This document shows positions 49,205 through 57,346 of a stretch of 57,346 nucleotides of DNA, in pieces; the stretch's first letter is position 1; each line of letters opens with the position of its first letter. Both the position numbers and the translations under genes were made by a program. Origin of the DNA: Scyliorhinus canicula (taxonomy: Eukaryota). Location of the stretch: assembly GCF_902713615.1 (NCBI RefSeq), contig NW_024055478.1:926363-983708 (forward strand). Reading direction: 5' to 3'. Below the pieces are notes generated by a model that made no database searches, was not told the origin of the DNA, and was given only the letters and a program-made list of their open reading frames with translations.

Positions 49205-49213
49205 ATCAAGTGA
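49205..49213 (+). CDS. IGHM: IgM TM2 exon (IK-stop)
   Basis: Long pyrimidine tract plus TACAG, then ATC AAG TGA, giving a KIK cytoplasmic tail. Confidence 0.9.
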   Translation: MK

Positions 49214-49618
49214 TGGGTTGACTTTCGGACGCTGTAGATTTCCCTCAGCTGTTTATTATGATATGTGTGTGACAGAAATACAATATCTCCTCTTGGTGAC
49301 TCGAACAGTAAAATTATCTCAGTTTATTATTCTGCATCTGTAACTGAGACAATCATGGACAGTATTTCTGCTTTTCAGTTTAAAATGTACGCGATAATTT
49401 TGGCTGTAATGTAATTGTAGTTAATAATTTCTCTCAATGTCATGTCTAAATAAGTAACTTACCTCGTACCTTATTTACAACAGTTGCCTTCCCTTTATGT
49501 TGAGCTCCCGTTCTCTCTTGTGTCTGTTACAGTTGTACATACATTTGGCAGCTCAAAGGGCGTGTGTTCTGTTCTCACTGTGACCCTCAATCGCTATGTT
49601 CCCTTTTGTAAACATCAA

Positions 49619-49659
49619 AATAAACTTTTGTGCTATATTTTCTCTGAAATTTTAATAAA
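49619..49659 (+). terminator. Membrane-form polyadenylation signals
   Basis: AATAAA at 49619 and 49654. Confidence 0.7.
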
Positions 49660-50044
49660 TATTGAATGAAAAATGAAGAAAACAAGTCTAATCTGAACTC
49701 CTTTCTCTCAGCTCCATCGGCAGCGCTCCATTTCCCCGATTATACCGTTTTCTCCCCTTTCCCAGACAGATATTTCTCACCAGTCCTGTCTGGGATGTGT
49801 CTGAACTCAAGGCCCCTCAGTGAAAGAGCCGCTGCGCCACCAAGCGGCCCATCCGGGTTAAGTCACCTTCACCTTTGCCTTTTTATGGTAAACTCCAGAG
49901 ACAGGATGATTGCACAGCTGAAGAATTCCACAGATTCACTACCCTCTGATGGAAGAAATGTCTCCTCACCTCTGTCCTAAATTTGAGATCTCTTACTCTG
50001 AGATTATGCCCTCTGGTCCCAGACTGTCCCACAAGAGGAAACAA

Positions 50045-50290
50045 GATGATTTTTCAGGCTGTGTAACTGGTTAAAGCTCTTTCCACAGTCAGTTCACTGG
50101 AACTCTCTCCCTCAGGTGTGTGTGGGTTTCGGGGCTTTTCCAGCCACACTGATGTTTGAAATCTCTTCCCACAGTCAGAACAGACAAACACATTGACAGT
50201 TTGTGATATGTAGGTCCTAATGAATTGAGTCAGATCTTGATGTTATATTTGGTTCGAGTTGCCCAGCTGCCAAATCTCCCGTTCTAATGC
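50045..50290 (-). pseudogene. C2H2 zinc-finger pseudo-exon
   Basis: Minus-strand acceptor TTTTTCAG. FVCSDCGKRFQTSVWLEK, then a frameshift, then FQ*TDCGKSFNQLHSLKNH (stop replaces Cys); truncated. Confidence 0.7.
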
Positions 50291-50482
50291 CTGAAAAAGA
50301 AGTTTTGAACCAGAATATTGTCCCCAGTGTCTCTGAAACACTCTGTCCGCTGAGGTAGCCACTGGGTGTGGAAGGTGTCACGCATTCCGGTGGATACCAC
50401 ATGCTCCCTCTGCAAGACCACTGGGAATAGACAAGACCACAGAACAGAAGTCGGCAGCCAGAGTAACCGCCCACCCCCTCCA

Positions 50483-50755
50483 TAATAATAATAATCTTTA
50501 TTGTCACAAGTAGGCTTACATTAACAATGCAATGAAGTTACTGTGAAAAGCCCCTCGTCACCACACTCCGGCGCATGGTTGGGTCACAGAGGGAGCATTC
50601 AGAATGTTCAATTCACAGCACGTCTTTCGGGACTTGTGGGAGCAAACCGGAGCACCCGGAGGAAACCCACGGGGAGAACGTGCAGACTCCACACAGACAG
50701 TGACCCAAGCTGGGCATCGAATCTGGGACCCTGCAACTGTGAAGCAACAGTGCTA
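50483..50755 (-). mobile_element. HE1-like SINE
   Basis: (ATA)n tail and reverse-complement SINE body. Confidence 0.75.
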
Positions 50756-51028
50756 TCCTACCCCACCCAGCTACAACGCACTGTTTTAACCAGACTCAAA
50801 GTAGATTCACGCTCAGCACAAGAATATTAGATAATATAGACTGTCAGATCCACAAACTCTGCCAAAGTGGCTGCAACTTAACAGGTTACTGTGGACATTA
50901 AACTGTGGGCAATATTCGATGCTGTGACCAATATTTAGTTATGATGTGGAGATGCCGGCGTTGGACTGGGGTGAGCACAGTAAGAAGTCTTACAACACCA
51001 GGTTAAAGTCCAACAGGTTTGTTTCAAA

Positions 51029-51063
51029 CACGAGCTTTCGGAGCACGGCTCCTTCTTCAGGTG
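51029..51063 (-). ncRNA. Minimal hammerhead ribozyme motif in the 3' pLTR
   Basis: Reverse complement reads CACCTGAAGAAGGAGCCGTGCTCCGAAAGCTCGTG. Confidence 0.75.
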
Positions 51064-51208
51064 AATGGAAAGGCTTGTTCCAGAAATGTTTATATAGACA
51101 CAGTCAGAGATGCCCCGGAATGCGAGCACCTGCAGGCAATCAAATCATCAAAGATGCAGAGAGAGAGGTAACTCCAGGTTAAAGAGGTGTGAATTGTCCC
51201 AAGCCAGT

Positions 51209-53926
51209 TCAGTCGGTAGGCCTCTGCAAGTCCAGGCTTGTTGGTGGGGGCCGAATGTAATGCGACATGAATCCCAGATCCCGGTTGAGTCCGCATTCAT
51301 GCGTGCGGAACTTAGCTATAAGTTTTTGCTCAGCAATTTTGCGTTGTCGCGTCTCCTGAAGGCCTCCTTGTAGAATGCTGACCCGGAGATCAGAGGCTGA
51401 ATGTCCTTGACTGCTGAAGTGTTCCCCAACTGGAAGGGAACAGTCCTGCCTGTTGATAGTCGCACGATGCCCGTTTATTCGTTGTCGCAGTGTCTGCATG
51501 GTCTCGCCAATGTACCACGCTTCGGGACATCCTTTCCTGCAGCGTATGAGGTAGACTACATTGGTCGAGTCGCACGAGTATGCGCCGCGTACCTGGTGGG
51601 TGGTGTTTCCACGTGTAATGGTGGTGTCCATGTCGATGATCTGGCATGTCTTGCAGAGATTACCCTGGCAGGGTTTTGTGGTGTTGTGGTTGCTGTTCTG
51701 AAGGCTGGGTAATTTGCTGCAAACAATGGTTTGTTTGAGGTTGCGCGGTTGTTTGAAGGCCAGTAGTGGGGGTGTGGGGATGACCTTGGCAAGATGTCCA
51801 TCCTCGCTGATGATGTGTTGGAGGCTGCGAAGAAGATGTCGTAGTTTCTCCGCCCCAGGAAAGTACTGGACGACGAAGGGTACTCTGTCAGTGGTGTCCC
51901 GTGTTTGTCTTCTGAGGAGGTCGGTGCGGTTTTTTGCTGTGGCGCGGTGGAACTGTCGATCAATGAGTCGAGCGCCATATCCCGTTCGTACGAGGGCATC
52001 TTTCAGCATCTGTAGGTGTCTGTTGCGCTCCTCCTTGTCTGAGCAGATCCTGTGTATACGGAGGGCTTGTCCATAGGGGATGGCTTCTTTAATGTGTTTC
52101 GGGTGAAAGCTGGAGAAGTGGAGCATCGTGAGATTATCTGTGGGCTTGCGGTAAAGCGAGGTGCTGAGGTGACCGTCCTTGATGGAGACGAGTGTGTCCA
52201 AGAATGGAACTGAATTTGGAGAATAGTCCATGGTGAGTTTGATGGTGGGATGGAACTTATTGATGTCATCGTGTAGTCGTTTCAGTGATGTCTCGCCGTG
52301 GGTCCAAAGGAAAAAAATGTCATTGATGTATCTGGTGTATAGCATCGGTTGAAAGTCCTGTGTGGTGAGGAAGTCCTGTTCAAACTTGTGCATGAAGATG
52401 TTGGCATATTGAGGTGCAAATTTGGTCCCCATGGCTGTTCCGTGCGTCTGGATGAAGAATTTGTTGTCGAAGGTGAAGACGTTGTGGTCTAGAATGAAAC
52501 GGATGAGTTGCAGAATTGCGTCTGGAGATTGGCAGTTGTCGGTGTTGAGGACTGAGGCTGTTGCAGCAATGCCGTCGTCATGGGGGATGCTGGTGTAGAG
52601 TGCCGAGACATCCATTGTGACGAGGAATGTTCCTGGTTCAACTGGTCCATGGGTGCTGAGTTTCTGTAGGAAGTCCGTCGTGTCGCGACAGAAGCTGGGT
52701 GTACCTTGTACGATGGGTTTCAAGATGCCCTCGATGTGGCCAGAGAGGTTCTCACACAGGGTCCCATTGCCTGAAACGATAGGACGGCCTGGTGTGTTGG
52801 CCTTGTGTATTTTCGGGAGGCAGTAGAGATCTCCAATGCGGGGATTACGTGGGATGAGAGCACGTAGGGTGTTCTGAAGGTCTGGATCTAAGGTCTTGAT
52901 CAGTCTGCTGAGTTGGCGGATGTGTTCCTTGGTTGGATCTGCGGGTAACTGCCTGTAGTGTTCCTGGTTGTCGAGTTGTCGGTATACTTCTTTGCAGTAG
53001 TCTGTTCTGTTCAGTATGACGGTGGCCCCTCCTTTGTCTGCTGGTTTGATGACGATGTTGCGGTTGGTCTTGAGAGTGCGGATGGCGTTGCGTTGTGCTT
53101 GGGTGACGTTTGAGGCTGCCTTGTGATTGCGAGTGATGAATCTGGCATTGACACGACTTCTGACGGCTTGAGCATACATGTCGAGTCTAGGGCAGCGGCC
53201 TTCCGGAGGGGTCCAATTTGACTCTTTCCTTTTCGGTTGCTGCACTGCAGACCTCGCGGTCTGCTGTTCCGGTTCATTGGTCGTGTCCCTGGGTTCGCTG
53301 TCGGCCTCTTGGGGTCTGTGGAAGAATTCCCGGAGCCTCATTCGCCTGATGAATTCCTCCGTATCTGCCGCGAGACTGATGGGGTCCATTTTGGTGGTGG
53401 TGCAGAAATTGAGCCCTCTGCTGAGGACTTCGATTTCGTCTGGTTGAAGGGTGTAGTCTGACAAGTTGACAATGGATTTCCCTGTATTGTTTTCGACTGT
53501 TGTACCGGGAGAAGCTTGATTGCTGCTGGTGGTGATGCCAAGTTTCTCAAGCTTCCTGTTCTTGGTGTGCATGTAGGTGGCATAGTATTGCTGTCTCATC
53601 TGTTTGGCGGTGTTCCGCAGCTGGTCTGCTGTGTCCTGAGCGCAAGTTGAGAATATGGCCTCTCTCTTGGTTTCCAGGTTGCGTCGACTGCTGTAGAGTT
53701 GGTGTACGAGGTGTTTGAGGAGTGTGACAGAGGTGCGGTGGCAGAGTCTTTCAGCGTAGTCTGTGTTGTAAGTCGACTTGAGTGGGTTTTTGATCTGTAG
53801 TCCTTTCGGGATCTTGTCTGCTTTTTTGCATCTTTGTAGAAACTGAATGTCAGTGTCTATATGCGCGATCTTCCTGGAGATCCTCTCCACTTTGAGCCGG
53901 CAGTTTGCGGTGTCAATGGTAGCCAT
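51209..53926 (-). CDS. Penelope reverse transcriptase plus GIY-YIG endonuclease (ORF-track ATG 53962; likely start MATIDTA at 53926)
   Basis: IKPADKGGATV, PGRPIVS, MDVSALYTSIP, GTAMGTKFAP, RYIND (YxDD altered), NVVYLIRC...WYIGET. Confidence 0.95.
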   Translation of the reverse strand: MATIDTANCRLKVERISRKIAHIDTDIQFLQRCKKADKIPKGLQIKNPLKSTYNTDYAERLCHRTSVTLLKHLVHQLYSSRRNLETKREAIFSTCAQDTADQLRNTAKQMRQQYYATYMHTKNRKLEKLGITTSSNQASPGTTVENNTGKSIVNLSDYTLQPDEIEVLSRGLNFCTTTKMDPISLAADTEEFIRRMRLREFFHRPQEADSEPRDTTNEPEQQTARSAVQQPKRKESNWTPPEGRCPRLDMYAQAVRSRVNARFITRNHKAASNVTQAQRNAIRTLKTNRNIVIKPADKGGATVILNRTDYCKEVYRQLDNQEHYRQLPADPTKEHIRQLSRLIKTLDPDLQNTLRALIPRNPRIGDLYCLPKIHKANTPGRPIVSGNGTLCENLSGHIEGILKPIVQGTPSFCRDTTDFLQKLSTHGPVEPGTFLVTMDVSALYTSIPHDDGIAATASVLNTDNCQSPDAILQLIRFILDHNVFTFDNKFFIQTHGTAMGTKFAPQYANIFMHKFEQDFLTTQDFQPMLYTRYINDIFFLWTHGETSLKRLHDDINKFHPTIKLTMDYSPNSVPFLDTLVSIKDGHLSTSLYRKPTDNLTMLHFSSFHPKHIKEAIPYGQALRIHRICSDKEERNRHLQMLKDALVRTGYGARLIDRQFHRATAKNRTDLLRRQTRDTTDRVPFVVQYFPGAEKLRHLLRSLQHIISEDGHLAKVIPTPPLLAFKQPRNLKQTIVCSKLPSLQNSNHNTTKPCQGNLCKTCQIIDMDTTITRGNTTHQVRGAYSCDSTNVVYLIRCRKGCPEAWYIGETMQTLRQRINGHRATINRQDCSLPVGEHFSSQGHSASDLRVSILQGGLQETRQRKIAEQKLIAKFRTHECGLNRDLGFMSHYIRPPPTSLDLQRPTD

Positions 53927-54012
53927 GATGTGGAGATGCCGGCGTTGGACTGGGGTGAGCACAGTAAGAAGTCTTACAACACCAGGTTAAAGTCCAACAG
54001 GTTTGTTTCAAA

Positions 54013-54047
54013 CACGAGCTTTCGGAGCACGGCTCCTTCTTCAGGTG
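54013..54047 (-). ncRNA. Minimal hammerhead ribozyme motif in the 5' pLTR
   Basis: Identical to 51029-51063. Confidence 0.75.
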
Positions 54048-55283
54048 AATGGAAAGGCTTGTTCCAGAAATGTTTATATAGACACAGTCAGAGATGCCCC
54101 GGAATGCGAGCACCTGCAGGCAATCAAATCATCAAAGATGCAGAGAGAGAGGTAACTCCAGGTTAAAGAGGTGTGAATTGTCCCAAGCCAGTTCAGTCGG
54201 TAGGCCTCTGCAAGTCCAGGCTTGTTGGTGGGGCCGAATGTAATGCGACATGAATCCCAGATCCCGGTTGAGTCCGCATTCATGCGTGCGGAACTTAGCT
54301 ATAAGTTTTTGCTCAGCAATTTTGCGTTGTCGCGTCTCCTGAAGGCCTCCTTGTAGAATGCAAGAATGTAGAATGTAGACTCATTGATCGACAGTTCCAC
54401 CGCGCCACAGCAAAAAACCGCACCGACCTCCTCAGAAGACAAACACGGGACACCACTGACAGAGTACCCTTTGTCGTCCAGTACTTTCCTGGGGCGGAGA
54501 AACTACGACATCTTCTTCGCAGCCTCCAACACATCATCAGCGAGGATCGACATCTTGCCAAGGTCATCCCCACACCCCCACTACTGGCCTTCAAACAACC
54601 GCGCAACCTCAAACAAACCATTGTTTGCAGCAAATTACCCAGCCTTCAGAACAGCAACCACAACACCACAAAACCCTGCCAGGGTAATCTCTGGCAAGAC
54701 ATGCCAGATCATCGACATGGACACCACCATTACACGTGGAAACACCACCCACCAGGTACGCGGCGCATACTCGTGCGACTCGACCAATGTAGTCTACCTC
54801 ATACGCTGCAGGAAAGGATGTCCCGAAGCGTGGTACATTGGCGAGACCATGCAGACACTGCGACAACGAATAAACGGGCATCGTGCGACTATCAACAGGC
54901 AGGACTGTTCCCTTCCAGTTGGGGAACACTTCAGCAGTCAAGGACATTCAGCCTCTGATCTCCGGGTCAGCATTCTACAAGGAGGCCTTCAGGAGACGCG
55001 ACAACGCAAAATTGCTGAGCAAAAACTTATAGCTAGTTCCGCACGCATGAATGCGGACTCAACCGGGATCTGGGATTCATGTCGCATTACATTCGGCCCC
55101 CACCAACAAGCCTGGACTTGCAGAGGCCGACCGACTGAACTGGCTTGGGACAATTCACACCTCTTTAACCTGGAGTTACCTCTCTCTCTGCATCTTTGAT
55201 GATTTGATTGCCTGCAGGTGCTCGCATTCCGGGGCATCTCTGACTGTGTCCATATAAACATTTCTGGAACAAGCCTTTCCATT

Positions 55284-55318
55284 CACCTGAAGAAGGAGCC
55301 GTGCTCCGAAAGCTCGTG
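55284..55318 (+). ncRNA. Minimal hammerhead ribozyme motif in the inverted arm
   Basis: CACCTGAAGAAGGAGCCGTGCTCCGAAAGCTCGTG. Confidence 0.75.
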
Positions 55319-55784
55319 TTTGAAACAAACCTGTTGGACTTTAACCTGGTGTTGTAAGACTTCTTACAATATTTAGTTAAACACGGACCTGAATAAGGAA
55401 ACTTTGCAGCCACCTGTGAAGTTTAAATGTGTCGTTGTGTCAGGATGAACCAGCATTTGAGGAATATGAAATCTCGGGACTGTTGGTCTCCAAGTGCCGT
55501 ATTGAACACAGGAGAATGACCTTGAATTGGGACAGAGATAAGCGTGAGTGAGCATCGTAAACTGCTATTGTATCGGGGTGTTCTGGGCCCCAGAGTTTTA
55601 ACCCTACAGTTAATTGTCAGGGATGCAGTATAATAAACCCTGAACAAAGCAAATGTGTGTGTGAGAAGCACCAGGAACCAGCTGGACCAACAGAGCTGAA
55701 TGTCTCCCAGTGCAGCCACAGGACTGAACTTATTCCAGCTTCCAAGCCCACCTCAGACCCAACCTCCTGGCTATTCATCTACAA

Positions 55785-56218
55785 GAACGTTTGAGGACTT
55801 TGGGTCTGTCCTCGTTGGGGTTTAGAAGGATGAGAGGGGATCTTATTGAAACTTACAAGATACTGCGAGGCCTGGGTAGAGTGAACATGAAGAGGATGTT
55901 TCCACTTGCAGCAAAAAATAGAACCAGAGGACACCATCTCAGACTACAGGGACGATCCTTTAAAACAGATGAGGAGGAATTTCTTCAGCCAGAGGGTGGT
56001 GAATCTGTGGAACACTTTGCCGCAGAAGGCTGTGGCGTCCAATTCACTGAGTGTCTTTAAGACAGAGATAGATAGGTTCTTTATTAATAAGGGGATCACG
56101 GATTATGGGGAGAAGGTAGGGGAATGGGGATGAAACAATATAAACCATGATTGAATGGAGGAGCTGAGTCGATGGGCCAAATGGCCTCATTCTGCTCCTA
56201 TGCCTTATGGTCTTATAA
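55785..56218 (+). mobile_element. CR1 LINE 3' end
   Basis: RRMRGDLIETYKILRGLGRVNMKRMFPL...; FFSQRVVNLWNTLP; CR1-type 3' UTR ending CTGCTCCTATGCCTTATGGTCTTAT. Confidence 0.9.
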
Positions 56219-56820
56219 GGAGCTTCAGAGACTCATGAGAATTATTTGCTTTTAAAAACGCTTCACTCCAACTAAAGGATCGGCTCAATAAGAAGACATC
56301 AGACCTGCAGCGATATAAAGATTGCAGTCTACATTCCATTTTCATCATCACAGCTTCAACTTGATCTGTACCTAATTTCTGTGTCTGTGTCAGTGAGTGA
56401 AAGAGCCGAGAGACTTAGATGCTCAAACATCCAGGGAAAGGTTGTGAAAATAAATAACCTTTATTCCTTTAAAAATCACCAGTAAGCCTGCTGCTGAACT
56501 GTATTTTAAATAAAGAAATATCACGCTGAGGGTCAGAAAATATCACACAAACATCCTGATAATGGACGGGAAAGGACCACGAAATGTAATCACCCGTTGT
56601 ATAACCCCCTTCAGGTAGCTATATAGAGGCTGCAGCCTCTCACACTGAATGTCTCCGTGATCCATAGAGACCTCCAGGCTACAAACATCAGCTGCAGCCT
56701 GGGAGGGGGGTGAAAAAATCTTAAAAACCTGTGGCTTGTATATGCCCCGGGCACTAGGACCCGGCTGGAAACAGAAACCTTCAGGTCCCGCCCACCAGCT
56801 GTTGCATCACCAAGACGCCA

Positions 56821-56860
56821 GCGCATGCGCTCTGCTTCCCCGGTGAACCAAGATGGCGGC
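56821..56860 (+). promoter_or_regulatory. Candidate housekeeping-type promoter (NRF1 and YY1 motifs)
   Basis: GCGCATGCGC at 56821-56830; CAAGATGGCGGC at 56849-56860. Confidence 0.6.
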
Positions 56861-57346
56861 TGTGAAGCAGGGCCTGGTCCCGGGAGAGAGAGCTGACTGG
56901 CGGTGATGTGACTTGAGGATCACCACACCTCAGGCAAGGGGCCAGGTTGGGAAGGCGGTGCCTTCAGGAATAACTGGGAAGGTGATGTTTGGTCAGTTGC
57001 TGCAGTCTGTGTAGTGAAGGTGCTGTCACAGTGGTGTGAGGTAAGGAAGTACAGGATTATCACCCAGCAATTATGAATTAAGGGGAATGTAAATCCAGCT
57101 CAGGCTGCTTTCAGATTGGAAAGGCAGCTAAGGTGAGTCCTTAGAGCTGGTGAATGTTGTGGCTTTGCCAGTTTCTCTGTAAAGTCCTTCTCATTCATTC
57201 CCTCTCTTTACAGCACAGATAGAGGCCCTTTGGCCCATTCATAATAATCTTTAATATTAGTGTCACAAGTAGGTTTACACTAACACTGCAATGAAGTTGC
57301 TGTGAAATCCCCCACTCGCCTGTTCAGGTACGCAGAGGAAGAATTC

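Larger units (their letters stand above)
50942..55366 (-). mobile_element. Composite Penelope-like element: full ORF between ~435-bp direct pLTRs plus an inverted 3' partial copy; 13-bp TSD
   Basis: Direct repeats 50941-51378 and 53925-54361; inverted arm 54378-55366; TSD CAATATTTAGTTA at 50929-50941 and 55367-55379. Confidence 0.95.

Noticed and set aside
54384-55199. 271-aa plus-strand ORF with a GIY-YIG segment
   Set aside because: Part of the inverted, 5'-truncated Penelope arm with small indels; not an independent gene.

Overview
Cartilaginous-fish (shark; repeat content suggests a catshark, which is inference) genomic DNA. It contains one complete, unrearranged and apparently intact IgM heavy-chain minicluster on the + strand: leader (24553-24610), VH (24739-25043), D1, D2, JH with a full 12/23-compatible RSS set, a 14.9-kb J-C intron, CH1-CH4, secretory tail and TM1/TM2 (stop at 49213). 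Upstream (1-22 kb) lie the end of a Harbinger-type transposon with a spliced Myb/SANT gene, two near-identical young L1 copies in inverted orientation, an old ~3-kb tandem duplication, and many tRNA-derived SINE and CR1 remnants. Downstream lie a C2H2 zinc-finger pseudo-exon, a composite Penelope insertion (917-aa RT/GIY-YIG ORF, 13-bp TSD) and an NRF1/YY1-type promoter. The most interesting unexplained structure is in the J-C intron: a ~3-kb, 39-bp-unit, G-rich, AGCT-containing array at the position where tetrapods have S-mu. It is preceded by a C-rich array of opposite skew, with inverted GC boxes and a splice donor at the skew switch point (a possible switch-like/I-exon-like unit; hypothesis only). 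Penelope-derived palindromes carrying minimal hammerhead ribozyme motifs also sit in this intron. All coordinates were read by eye; no searches or alignments were run.
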